A DNA stretch of 64,000 nucleotides from Octopus vulgaris (GCA_951406725.2 OX597816.1:35278001-35342000); one strand, 5' to 3'. Positions 1 through 12,513 are shown, counted from the stretch's first letter. Made by a program: numbers and translations. Notes: a model not told the origin generated them from the sequence alone.

Positions 1-109
1 AGGAATCTTGTGAATTTACAAGAAAACTTGCCGTCAATCCTGAATTAGAGTAAGAAACTGAAACCAAGCAAGCAAAACGAATCAGGCAGATACCTAAAAA
101 GTGTATTGA

Positions 110-185
110 CGCTTTCAGCACGCATGCGCAGAATTGGATTACTTCCGGTAGGCCGCCGGAAGTTTCCTCATGTGCATGCGCAGGA
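110..185. promoter_or_regulatory. CpG-rich patch with NRF1-like (CGCATGCGCA, TGCATGCGCA) and inverted ETS-like (ACTTCCGG...CCGGAAGT) motifs; host promoter or LTR U3
   Basis: Motifs at about 121-131, 140-163 and 173-182; AATAAA near 428; GC content far above the window background. Confidence 0.3.
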
Positions 186-1980
186 ACTGCAACCTGAAAG
201 GTTACCCGCTAAATCCGTCTTTTTGAGAGAGCAGCCCTAACGAACGGAAGTGACTAAAACTTCTCTCAGTGAAAACCCTACGCATAGAGAAGCTCTCTTC
301 GAAGCAGGAACAGAGACCGTATCTTTTTGGCTCACCCGAGGGAACATTTGTAAACAGTCCTGTGGACTTAGCTGCCGGTTCGCCCTTAAGAAATATATAT
401 GTATATATTTTACCTGTGAACCCGAAGAATAAAGTGTTATTTATTGTTATCGAAGATAGCCGGATTTTTGGTTCCTTTTCTTCGACAACTTTATGTGGCA
501 AGATAAGACCAGACACCCCTCAAGTGTTCCTGAAACTCTCATCTTGTTACAAAAGAATGGGCAGAAACAAAGTAAGAATCAGTGGAGCCAGAAATACTTC
601 AAATCACAGCAGCGATTATTTGGTAGTGAACTTAGGCCTCGAACACTCTGTTTATGTATTGGTTCCAGAGATTTTCCTTTGGAGGAAGGAGTGTTTTCGT
701 TTTGTATCCCGCTTGAACTGGGTCACCAGAGAGCTCTATAGGCGCACACAAATGATGGTGTCGAGCACTTCAGAAATAGATGCGTAGAAATTCAATGTGA
801 AAACATCAAAATTAGCTACATTTAACAGTGAAAGAAGAAAGTCTTTTTACCGATGTCCAGCAAATGGAAACCATACATAGAACCATGCTCAGATGATATT
901 CAGAATTTGCAATATAATTCTTATATTTATCACAAAAGATTCTTGCATAATTTTCTGTTCGCCTAGAGCGCTGAGATTAAGTTTGGTTGTCCACACAAGA
1001 AGCAGACTGACTACGAACTCGTAAATTTCTTCCTAAACACAACCATATTACCTACCATGTATACTGATATTTTTTCCCACTGATAGAAAAGTGCCGGCAA
1101 AGAATGATCTCAAACATATTTTCACTATTTAGTGGGCAATTTGCCATAGCACTGGCATAATAATTGGATGCAATCGATGTATAGCTAATATCATCTTACA
1201 TTATTTGTATTATTTTCAAACTTTAATAGCGGATTATGCAATGAGGAACTTTATATTAATATTCTAAGATAATTATCATACAAAGAAAATCGTAAAAAAG
1301 GTTCTTGACTCTGGAGATGGAAATTTAATTAGCTGTTGTCTCGGGAGAGCAAATTAATAATTATATGAACTTAATCAGCCATGAGTAAAGTAGTTTTAAG
1401 TGTAGCAACCATATTAAAAACTACTCATGCTGTATTTATGAAAAATACGGAAACATTTTTTCTACAAAAGATAGCTAAAATGTTTGATCATCGATTGATA
1501 TAGCAGAAGAAATTAAAAGTAAAATACAGAATGTTTAGTTTGAAAACATTTCAGTGACCTTTATAACGAGTGTGTTAAAACTGGAGAAAGTATGACTGCT
1601 GGAAGATTTTACATTTGTCTCATATTTCAGGAAACGTAAAAGTAGCATTGATTATTACAAAACGTACAAGAGCTACTAAAATATCAAAGTAAATAAAGAT
1701 TATGATTTAGTGCTGGTCTACTTCAGATGTTAAGAAGAAATTAGAAAGTCATATATAATCGCTATTTTATGAGATTATTTTCTTTGTATTTGTCACAACA
1801 GTCGTAGTCAAAATAATTGCCAGACACTGTATTATTCAATTAAACCTATGTTTACTTACCAAAATACCTGTGTCTCTGTATTTTGTAATATGGCTATGGT
1901 GTTGTAATTATACATCTCAAAGTATGTATATATATGTGTGTGTGTGTGTGTGTGTATTTATATATATATATATATATATA

Positions 1981-2319
1981 ATTAATTAATAAGGGTGAGA
2001 GAATTAGATACTAATTTAATAGTATATTTATTCCACACCAAGTGGCCTAGTGCTACGAGAAACCTGGATTATTATAATATTTTATAACATATTATAATAT
2101 TTTCACAAAATAAATATAAGAGAGTGGTCACTATATTGATCACTCTAGCACCAGTTAATGCAAGAGGTTTCAACCACGAAAATACATGTTTCCCATGAAA
2201 GCCAGTACGACTGTTAGCTCACACGGACAGGGCAAATAAAAAATAACAAAAATACAGATTATTTTGGGACAATTGTTTCGCTATTAATGAATTAAATGTA
2301 ATATTACTTACAATAATCC

Positions 2320-2320
<1 letters not shown>
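1981..2320 (-). mobile_element. PLE pLTR fragment (family C) between (TA)n tracts, with 3' half of a hammerhead
   Basis: Homologous to 52631-52950; minus strand GAAACAATTGTC at 2269-2279 (palindromic stem III plus UC); ends ...CACCCTTATT next to (TA)n. Confidence 0.6.
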
Positions 2321-2503
<183 letters not shown>

Positions 2504-3602
2504 TGCATCCAGAAAGTGAATGATAGTTGCTTGTAAGTCATTGTCACTTCTATAGTTACATAAATACATAACTGGAATTTATATTTTCTTTACTGGTGTT
2601 GACTGTAGCTGCCTAGCTATCGACCCTCCTCAAACAAATTAGTCAGTCACCTAGACAAATGGCTATGCATTCATCTATTTATGTACCCATATATACCTAT
2701 ATACCTGCATCAATCATCCATGTAAGCAGTTATTTAACTATCTATCAAGTGTATTGGTTAAATGTGAGACAAAACGGCTTTCGTGTCATATCTAAGTATG
2801 CTTTCTGTTACCAGCCTATCTATACGCGACTTGTTCTTGAATTTAGTGCTACATCTGGTGTAGGAATATAGGTATGTTTTTCGAGCATGCTTTAGTTATG
2901 GAACATAATTGCTGGTTGGCTAAAATTATCAACATATTCAAATGGAATGCTAGAAATCGGTGAGTTGTACAACAAAGTAGAATATATATTTGAATCATCA
3001 GCATACAAGTGTTAGTATTTGCATGGACTGTTCCTAAGTCCCTGTGTCCTCATCGATATGACGAAGAATTGTCTATTATTAATGTGAATAACCTTAATAT
3101 GAATTTGTACATTTACTAAATTATGAAAACATAAAAGTTTATATATTATGCTGATACAATAAATGACACTATACTTTTTAAGAATTTTCATACAAATTTT
3201 GTCGTGTTTAGCAAGGCTTAATGATAAACACACGATCCAGTTCAATTTTACTCGTTCATTGATAATCAAATGGTTAACTATATAGCTCTACTAATTAATT
3301 CATCGTTCGTTTAATCTGTTAATTAAACATGCAGACATTTGTCAAAGTTTCTCTTCGTTAACCGCAAACTCATCGGTGGTACGCTTTCTCTACTCTAGGT
3401 CTTTTATCATATCTTACCGTAGATGGGTTTGCTTAGTCATAGAACATTTGGAGTCGAATAAGCATATGACTAAAACCGATATAGCTTTAAGAAATTGCAA
3501 GTAGATTTGCATTATCTAATATCCGTACCGAAAGATTTGACGGCAAATGAGAAATTATTTCTAGCAAAACGCATTCATGATTATTGCTAAGCTTTTATTG
3601 TA

Positions 3603-4892
3603 CGAGGGGCGTTCAATAAGTAATGCCTCTGACCCACTTGCAGTTGTTTGATCTAGCTGAAATTTTGCATTTTGCAATTATTTATATCTCTATAGATTAA
3701 GTGGCAAATTACAGCTCTGAACTAATTGTGGTTTCTGATATACAGGTGTTTGAACTGAGTCAAGTGTGAAATGGAGCCTGTTGAGTGTCGAGCAGTGATC
3801 CGGTTTTTGTATTTGAAAGGACGCACACCACGGGAGACTTTTGATGAAATGAAAGTAACTTATGGTGATGATGCCCCATCATATGACCTTGTAAAACGCT
3901 GGCATCATGAATTCAAACATGGTTGGAACTCTGTGGAAACAGCTCCCAGATCTGGTCGCCCCCCTTCTGCCATTGATGAGGCATCTGTCCGTCAAGTTGA
4001 GGCTGCCATTTTGGGAGATCGACGCATAACTATTCGCCAAATAGCCCATGAGGTCAAGTTTAGTACCGGGTCTGTGGAAACTATCATTCATGACCATTTG
4101 CATATGCAAAAAGTTTCTGCCAGATGGATTCCCAGGTTGCTCACACTTTTCCAGAAGCAAGAACGCGTCGAGTGCTCGAGGATGAATTTGGAGATGTGCC
4201 AAGAAGACGAGTCAAAATTTTTCAAAAGACTGATTACACAGGATGAAACCTGGGTCCATCACTATGATCCAGAGTCAAAAGCCCAGTCAATGCAGTGGAA
4301 GCACCGTGACTCACCTCCTCCAAAGAAGGCAAGGGTGCAGCCCTTCGCTGGCAAGGTCATGCTCAGTCTTCTGGGACCAGGACAGAGTAGTGATGACAGA
4401 TTTCCTGGCAAAGGGTACCGCAATTACAGGAGCCTATTATGCTTCACTTTTGAGGAAATTAAGAGAAGCTATCAAAATCAAGAGGCGGGGCAAGATCAGC
4501 AAAGGCATCCTCCTCCTGCAGGACAACGCTCCGGTCTACAACTCGCGTGTCGCCAGATCAGAAGCACAGGCGTGCGGCTATGAACTCCTCCCCCATCCCC
4601 CTACTCTCCTGACCTTACACCCTCTGATTTTCACCTCTTCCCTGCCATGAAGTTGTTTTTGAAGGAAAGCGTTTCCCAGATGATGCAGCCTTGATTTCTG
4701 AAGTCACGTCGTGGTTGGAGGACCAATCTGGGGTCCTCTACAAAAACGGTCTCCAGAGTTGCATCAAAAGATGGGAAAAATGTGTAACTCTGAGTGATTC
4801 CTATGTAGAAAATGACTAATAACTGTGCCAAGTTTCGTTGCTCTACTGCTATGGGAAGTGGGTCAGGGGCATTACTTATTGAACGCCCCTCG
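3603..4892 (+). mobile_element. Full-length mariner (Tc1/mariner, DD34D, irritans-like), 1290 bp
   Basis: 37-bp TIRs CGAGGGGCGTTCAATAAGTAATGCCyCTGACCCACTT with 1 mismatch; TA target duplication at 3601-3602 and 4893-4894. Confidence 0.97.
3771..4819 (+). pseudogene. Mariner transposase with about 3 frameshifts
   Basis: HTH region, WIPRLL, QDETW, QDNAP, then PHPP/YSPDLTPSDFHLF in another frame; frameshifts near 4366, 4600 and 4665; TAA at 4817-4819. Confidence 0.95.
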
Positions 4893-7162
4893 TATTTATA
4901 ACAGAAGTGTCTAATACGCCAAAACGGATTATTGTTCATTTCTATATTCAAACATTTGGATACATAATTGGTCTAGCAATATAGGGTTCTATTTTTCATT
5001 TATTTATAAAACTATGTAGCAGCTACGTCTCAATGACATAGTGAAAAACTCATTGCATGTACTACAATTAATTACTAGCATGCTCTAGAAAATTCAGAAC
5101 ATTATATCCCGTATGCCTACTGGAAAAAAACTTCAGATTGTCTGAAGTAACCCCCACTTCAAAATAAGGCACACTTTCAACCTTTCAAGTGAAATAAATG
5201 ATTGATGTTTTTTAATGAATGCTTTTTACATATCAGACTAAGAAGAAATTACTTTCGCAGACTAACGACCTATAATCAATTGGTTTATGTGTGCATTTTT
5301 CACGTCGTGGTAAAATATTAGATTCTAGTTGATAACTAGTGAAATGTGATATAGAGAGAAAATCCAGAAAAAGAAATGTACAATTGCAAATAAACCTATG
5401 TGCCTATACCATGCTTAAATGTATTGTTTTATAGAGAAAAACAAAGAAATTCAGTTATCAGGTTAAGTGTTCCATGAACATCAAATAAACATCTGTATGT
5501 GGCGATCTTTTCCAAGCATTAGAAAACGTGAATAGTGCGAAACTCTTATGTTATCATATTCAACACGAACCGGAAAAATATTCACGTTATCGGCAAGGGA
5601 AAACGATCGAAAATATTAAATAACTGCGAGCACATTTTGGTCGTAGATTTTTAGTGAAATTGCAGTGTGCCACTCTAAATCAAGTGTCATTGAAATATAA
5701 CATTTTATCTACATAATATTAATTAGCCAAATGCACTCTAAATTCATGTTAATTATTCATAAACTAGAAATATGTATGAATTCCGTCACACGAGTTGTAA
5801 GAACGTAATCTCTTTAATTATAATTAAAAAATCTGAACACGTAAAATGCTTTATGAATTTCAAAATAACTATTTTGCAAAAAATGATTTATATGCAATGA
5901 CATCGTCATTAATACCAATTCATAGTATTTCCTGCATGCATTTTAATTAAAATTCAGATTTTAAATGAAAATTAACCTCAAATTCATATCAGTAATATCA
6001 TTAATCATGCTCGTTTTCGATATTCTATGGAATTATTGTAAACCAGAATACTCTGCAGATTGAATATAGATTATATTATCCCCTTTGGAGAAGAGGAACG
6101 GAAGATCAGCTGTAGTTCCCGTATAACCCGAGTTCACATATCCTGCTACCATCTGATAATGACTAGAAGATAATTGTCAACACAATTGAATGTTTGTGTT
6201 TGCAAAGTACAAGGCAATAATTAAACAGCATGATACCTACCGACGGATTTCATTTGAAACGATTATTGACTTTACAGCGCTTCCTGAGATTAACCTTATG
6301 AGGAAAAATAAAATGAAAGGAATAGCTTAATGAATGAATTAAGATATGACAAGTGAATCCAGGATAACAATATATAATACATACACGTGTCAAGCTAAGA
6401 TTTTATAGCTTAAAATGCAGCTTTTGTATGACATTGTAGCTTAAAATGCACTGGCATTACTCCTATGACGAACAGCCATCTAATAAGGATTAGCACTAGA
6501 TGGTGAGGTAAGAATATAATTAATGAAGGCTTTTGCATTAACAAATGAAAAAAAAAGAACAAAACTTTGCAATCAAGCAAAATCACAAGCAAGCGTCGTA
6601 AGCATAAAGTGGTAATAGTAGGACCTACATAGGATGATACTACAAGGAACAGAAAGTCGATGAGGACTAAATAAGATGAGGTAAACATAATGATTAAGCC
6701 CATTAAAAATGTTGTATAGTTTATTCAGGAATTATTTTAAAGTTTATGGAGCATACATGTCAAACTATGTGTAATTGCAACTCTATGATTCTCAAAATCC
6801 AGCTAAAAGCGCTAAATTATCCCAGTAAGTAGATGAACAGTGTCAAGCGAAGCGTGGAAATGTCACCGTTTTTCAGAAATAGTAATGAATTGTGATACAA
6901 ACTGTCAATAGTTAAAAACTCAGCCACATTGCTAACACAATTAAAACAGAGGTCGATTACTATGTGCCTCGAAAGAATATACAGCTAAACATTCGTTTAA
7001 CATTATCAGGGCCAGAAACCAAATATGAGCTGTGTTCTGAAATTAAATTCTCTATAAAGTGAATTATCATACAAAAGTGAGATAAGAGGTGAATCTTATA
7101 ATGAAGGAAGAAGAGCAAGAACAATATATACGCGCCTTCACTAGTCAGTTAAGGTGAGACAG

Positions 7163-7490
7163 TGTCACGGGACAACTTGCTAGGGCTGCCTGCTGGAGCC
7201 TTGCGTCAGATATTTAAAGGGAAAAATTTGACAAGTCAGTTAGTCGCCGGCTGACACTCGCTGAAGATACATCGAAGAGGCCAGGGAACAGAAGAAAGAA
7301 GACATGCACCCAACACCAGAGCTGAAAACACCTCCGAAAGGGGGACCCCGCCACGTCAAAACGGTAGAGGAGTAGAGGCCGAAACCGGACGTGGTTCCTC
7401 CTGATGATGCCTTGAGCTAACTGGGTCCTATAAAGGAGCTGTTGTGGTAGCAGACCACGAAACACGGTTGTAATTCCTCAGATGTGTCAA
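7163..7490 (+). mobile_element. GC-rich island with tandem degenerate hammerhead-like half motifs (PLE pLTR, retrozyme or solo LTR)
   Basis: CTGAAGA 7261, AAAACGGTAGAGGA 7358-7371, GAAACCGG 7381, TCCTC-CTGATGA 7396-7407, GAAAC 7459; starts TGTCACGG; no TSD found. Confidence 0.35.
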
Positions 7491-8911
7491 ATGTATAATT
7501 TTTTGAAAATGCTGGGTTAAGAATTCTACTTTATCTCAAGAAAATGGACTCACAAATAAAATTCATTCTTATATTTGCCATCTATCATTGGACTATAGAA
7601 AAGCTTTCAAAATCGAAAAAGACTATCTTCCATAGAACAAAGTTGTATTTAGTTCACCGCACATACTGAGACTTGCCATCTGAAATAACATTGGAGCATA
7701 TCTTGGCTAGTAAAATATATATTAATATTCAGCGTCACTGACAAAGTTTCAAATACCGAATACTATGAGACATTATATAGTCAAAACTTAGAAAATGCCG
7801 GTAGAAGGAGTTTAAATCAGTATCGCCAACGATGAATCTCGATCAACCGCTGATGTGAGACAGTTCAGTGTTTAATATGCGAGAAATATTTGCTCATGCA
7901 CCCTAGTGTTTAACGTCCCCGCAGTGTAATTTAGCGTAAAATTCTCGGGATATAGTCAATTGAAAAGTATAATTGTCAATGCTTATGCTTTATTGTTAAC
8001 TGAAAATGAGGTATCAATGCGACACTATTAGAAATAATTGTATACATAAGACTTGCTTTTACATGTATGCCGTATATGTATATCGAGATTATATTGAAAG
8101 AAAAACTAGAATCGCCAATAATAACTCAACTTAAACGAAATGCTGGTAGATTTATAAAAAAAAAGTCTTATAATAATCAATTCCCTCTTGTTAGCATATC
8201 GTAATTTATTAGAAATCATATCGCATAATAGCTTACAGTGACAATATAACATTCTCAAAATGGCTACGAACACCATCGATGCCAACCAAATCATAAAGTA
8301 ATTTATTATAACTTACAGAAAAAAACATCACCTTAATTTATTTTTTCTTCTAGGAAGGTAATGGTTATTAAAGATTTCAGAAACATATTTTCTTTATATT
8401 GGTATAAGCAATTATTTGTAACATTAATGTGCATTCCATTTATGTAGAACTTCGTAATATTCCCGATATCTATTTATTCTTTTCTTTATCAGGAAAATTT
8501 ATATATGGTATTTTATACTTACATCAGGATAGTACTGACTTGCTCAATCGGTTATAACCTTTTAACCACGTACGGATATACATTTCCTCGTATTATGTGC
8601 TCAGTGTTCGCATGATCTAATAAGCTGCTTCTCCGATTTTTGAATCTTCTGCAGATACGATATTGTGTCACCTAATATCATCTATCACATAACTCGCTGG
8701 CATTAATTACATTACTTGAAGATGACTGACAAAATTATGATAAATCAGACGCAATCAAATTATGAATGACGAGCAAAAAGCGAGGCGAATAGACAACAGA
8801 AAAGCTTTCAGATAATAAGGTTTCAGAGAAGTTCTAAAATTGCACTCATATATGTGTACGGACGGATACGTTTAAGCATATGTGTATATTGAAGACAGCA
8901 GAGCTATTTAT

Positions 8912-9183
8912 TATTTAGAAATAGCAGCCAAAACATTTAGCTATTTCCTCTACTATAAAATAATTCACGTAGGTATAGAGGGAAAAATAACGAAAGATCA
9001 CACGTACATCGATTACTTGAGAACACCTTTTCTTGATTAGTTAGATACAGAGGTGCTAGAAATACATTCTCCTATCAACATTTCCGTCATCAGCCCAAGA
9101 TTTCGTTAGGTTTAAATTTGAGAGCACTAAAAATCAAACATACCCGTCTGATATGAGTAATCCCAAACAAATCATCTTCGACC
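8912..9183 (-). mobile_element. PLE pLTR fragment (family B)
   Basis: Inverted homolog of about 11975-12280; abuts (TA)n at 9185. Confidence 0.75.
9016..9099 (-). ncRNA. Type I hammerhead ribozyme, degenerate stem III
   Basis: cttggg-CTGATGA-long stem II-GAAA-aggtg-TT-ctcaag; stem I 6 bp with one G-U. Confidence 0.6.
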
Positions 9184-9217
<34 letters not shown>

Positions 9218-9302
9218 GCCAAGATAGATAGATACCCATTACACATTCTTTATTTTCTCTCTTTTCTCCCTTTGTTTTCCTTCTTCGTTTCTTTCTGCGT
9301 TC

Positions 9303-9338
9303 CATTCTGCCGAAGAGCATAGGCTCGAAATGTTAAAG
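9303..9338 (+). ncRNA. Minimal hammerhead-like motif, family A (position 6 = C)
   Basis: catt-CTGCCGA-A-GAGC-ATAG-GCTC-GAAA-TG-TT-aaag. Confidence 0.5.
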
Positions 9339-10092
9339 TCTTTTTCACTTCCCGAGGGTTAAACTAATACAACTTTTTGTTGTCTACACCACCTGTCTTC
9401 GTCTTGTGTTTTATTTTGTGAATTCTCCCTATATATATATTGACTACGCACAAGGACCATCCGGACTGCCGCCTTTGCCGTGGACAGGAATTAATAGTCT
9501 CTCTTGGCTACTTTGCGCTACCTGGTTTCAACTCCCCTCCCTTCGTCATTCGACTCCCCTCCTCTCCTAACTTCATCTGATAGCTGCTTCCACTCTTCCT
9601 TCTTCCTCTCTCCCTCTCTTCACCTTCTCTCTTCATTGATATCCCCTCTGTCTACATCCCATCGCTACACATCCCACCACCACATACCCCCACCCACACA
9701 TCCTCACACTACAACCCCAAACTCACACACCCCAACGGTACCACACCACACACACTGGCACTGACCACTTCCCAGCACCCTCATCACATACCATCGTCTG
9801 CACATTCACAAAGCATCATCCACACAGCCGCACATCATCCACATACCCACACATTACAGATGCACACACGCACATATTCATATGTCAAAGTCACTAGCTC
9901 CCATTGACACACACAATCCCACATACATTCATGTACGCGGACCTTCCTTTTGGGATCACCAGTACTTTATTATTTCTCCTTTTCCTTACCTCTCCTGTCC
10001 AACTACCAATTTCTAACCAGTCGCTATGATTGACCGCTAAATCCAAATGTTTTATTTTTTATTCTCTCTCTGTGTTTATTTCCTCGTGTTCC

Positions 10093-10126
10093 TTTCTGTC
10101 GAAGAGCGTAGGCTCGGAACATAAAA
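10093..10126 (+). ncRNA. Minimal hammerhead-like motif, family A, decayed
   Basis: ttt-CTGTCGA-A-GAGC-GTAG-GCTC-GGAA-CA-TA-aaa. Confidence 0.45.
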
Positions 10127-10222
10127 CTACTTTTTCACCTTGCCGAGCGTCTAACTAATACACCTGCTTGTTGTCTATACACCTGTCTTCGTTCTTTGTT
10201 GTTCTGTTAATTTCCGCTATAT

Positions 10223-10429
10223 CTCTTTTACTCTTTTACTTGTTTCAGTCATTTTGACTACGGTCATGCTGGAGCACCGCCTTTAGTCGATCAAATCGAC
10301 CCCGGGACTTATTCTTTGTAAGCCTAGTACTTATTCTATCGGTCTTTTTTGCCGAATCGCTAAGTAACGGGGACGTAAACACACTAGCATCGGTTGTCAA
10401 GCAATGCTAGGTGGACAAACACAGACACA

Positions 10430-10528
<99 letters not shown>

Positions 10529-10686
10529 GACAGGCTTCTTTCAGCTTCCGTCTACCAAATCTACTCATAAGGCATTGGTCGGCCCGGGGCTATAGCAGAA
10601 GACACTTGCCCAAGATGCCACGCAGTGGGACTGAACCCGGAACCATGTGATTGGTTAGCAAGCTACTTACCACACAGCCACTCCTG
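10223..10686 (-). mobile_element. tRNA-derived SINE family 1 (resembles described octopus SINEs)
   Basis: Near-identical reverse complement of 15033-15446; A/B boxes, internal (TA)(TG) tract, AAAGAGT tail. Confidence 0.92.
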
Positions 10687-11498
10687 TATATATGTATATA
10701 TGTATATATACACGCCTTACCCACACAAATGCATGTTAGGCAATAATCAAGCAGGAAACATCGTTGATTAAAGTGAGCCAATGCACGAGCTGCAGACAAT
10801 AAGTAACCCCAGTTTTGTTTTTCTGTGTCTTGGTGCATTAATCAAAATAAATTATGTAACTTCAATAAGACGTTCATTTTTTATTTTCCTTTTTTAAATA
10901 TAAATTTAAAATGTAAAAATTATGAATTTTTTCTTAATTTAAAATAATTTTCGAACTTACAAGTGAAAATCTTGAGTGAAATAAGGTGCCATGTAATTCG
11001 CCGTAACTCCTGTTTTCATTTCTTTTGGGACATTTCTTTTTTATATTTGTTTCAGAAGCTCTATCATTTATGCATGCTTCGAGACACTTGAATAATTTAC
11101 GGCTCGCTGCACATTCCGAAACGAAATGGAATAAAGGAAGCAACACATTCAAAATTTTATGATTTATCATGTTTTAAATATAAACAAGGGATTTGGCTAA
11201 ATTTGACAACAGCTGTGTCTTGTTTTTGCAGGAAAATCTTGATAAACATCCAAAGGCGTTGAAGATCATAAAGATTAAAGCTGTTGTTGAGAAAATGTTA
11301 GGACTGGGAACCATCTGAATATACGGAAGGCTTTATGTGTATCATGAGGATTCGTGTAAGTCGATGATCTGTCAACATTGTAAACACGACATGAACAATT
11401 TCAATTGAATCTACCACCTTTCCTTTTATTCATTATTGTTAAATTTTCCCAACATCACGCAATTCCGAAAAAATTAGAAGTATCGTTAAATAAAACAA

Positions 11499-11529
<31 letters not shown>

Positions 11530-11748
11530 ACGGGAAGGTTTACGAAAATAAACAAAAGACGAAGGCAGGTGGAGTACAAACAGACAAATGTATTAGTACG
11601 GCGTTCAGGAATAGAAATAGAACAAGTCCTTTACGTTTCGAGCCTACGCTCTTCCACAGAAATATACACAGAAAAAGAAACAAGGAGAGAAACAAGGAGA
11701 GATAAAAATGCGTGTAGGAGCTAACGGTCTATCATGGGGTTCTGACCA
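11530..11748 (-). mobile_element. PLE pLTR fragment, family A, inside (TA)n
   Basis: Homologous to 36383-36555 and 9270-9430; (TA)n on both sides. Confidence 0.8.
11629..11662 (-). ncRNA. Minimal hammerhead-like motif, family A (A6U)
   Basis: ttt-CTGTGGA-A-GAGC-GTAG-GCTC-GAAA-CG-TA-aag. Confidence 0.6.
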
Positions 11749-11774
<26 letters not shown>

Positions 11775-11780
<6 letters not shown>

Positions 11781-12433
11781 ATTAGGGTTCAGTAAAAATT
11801 GCTTTCCCACACACCGAAATTTTAATTAATTTTACCCTTATTATTATTGACAATATAATTCTCTCCCTGATATTAAACTACAGATACTTCTGTAGGAATT
11901 TGTTGCTCTATAACCCACGGGGGTGGACAGTGGAGGATGCAAAGACTCATTCGTACGTTTTGAATTCGTTAGTACTGGATGTCGAAGTTGGTTCGTCTGA
12001 GGTTACTCAAATCAGATGGGTAAGTTCGATTTTTAGTGCTCTCAAATTTAAATTTAATGAAATCTTGTGCTGATGAAAGGAATGTTGGAATAGGGATGTA
12101 TTTCTAGCATCTCTATATCTAACTAACCCAGAAACGCGTTCACAAGAAATCAATCTTTCCAGTGAACTTTCGTTATTTTTCCCTCTATACCTACGTGTAA
12201 TGTTTTTGAGTATATATTATCTGGGAAACTCTTCTTAATGTAGAGAAAATAGCTAAATTCTTTGGCTGCTATTTCTAAAAGTTCGGTGGGTTTTAAAGCA
12301 ATTTTTGCTGAACCCTAATTATATAAAATAATGTTTAACTTTACCGTAAATGGGTTTTTTACATACTGAACACTGCTTGGTAAAATGATTAATTACTAAT
12401 TAATTAATTAATTTTACCCTTATTATTATTGAC
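11775..12433 (+). mobile_element. Non-coding PLE-type element (family B) with terminal direct repeat and 5' inverted segment, inside (TA)n
   Basis: ATTAATTTTACCCTTATTATTATTGAC at about 11825-11851 and 12407-12433; 11777-11805 is the reverse complement of about 12295-12323. Confidence 0.75.
12063..12147 (+). ncRNA. Type I hammerhead ribozyme with canonical core
   Basis: Stem I TCTTGTG/CACAAGA (7 bp), CTGATGA 12070-12076, long stem II (GTTGGA/TCTAAC, ATAGGGATG/CATCTCTAT), GAAA 12131, palindromic ACGCGT, predicted cleavage after U12140. Confidence 0.8.
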
Positions 12434-12445
12434 TATATATGTATA

Positions 12446-12510
<65 letters not shown>

Positions 12511-12513
<3 letters not shown>

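Larger units (their letters stand above)
9235..10220 (+). mobile_element. PLE family A partial tandem: pLTR, (TA)n, endonuclease C-terminus, C/A-rich 3' region, pLTR
   Basis: About 9270-9430 repeats at about 10060-10220; 9440-9550 reads LTTHKDHPDCRLCRGQELIVSLGYFALPGFNS, resembling the PLE GIY-YIG tail RE..LI..L.T..P.GLN. Confidence 0.75.

Noticed and set aside
620-650. TGGTAGTGAACTTAGGCCTCGAAC as a tRNA 3' end or PBS
   Set aside because: The T-stem does not pair and no cloverleaf forms
8340-8365. Possible microexons (TTCTAG-GAAG-GTAATG; also 50530-50556)
   Set aside because: Such AG/GT pairs are expected by chance, with no coding support
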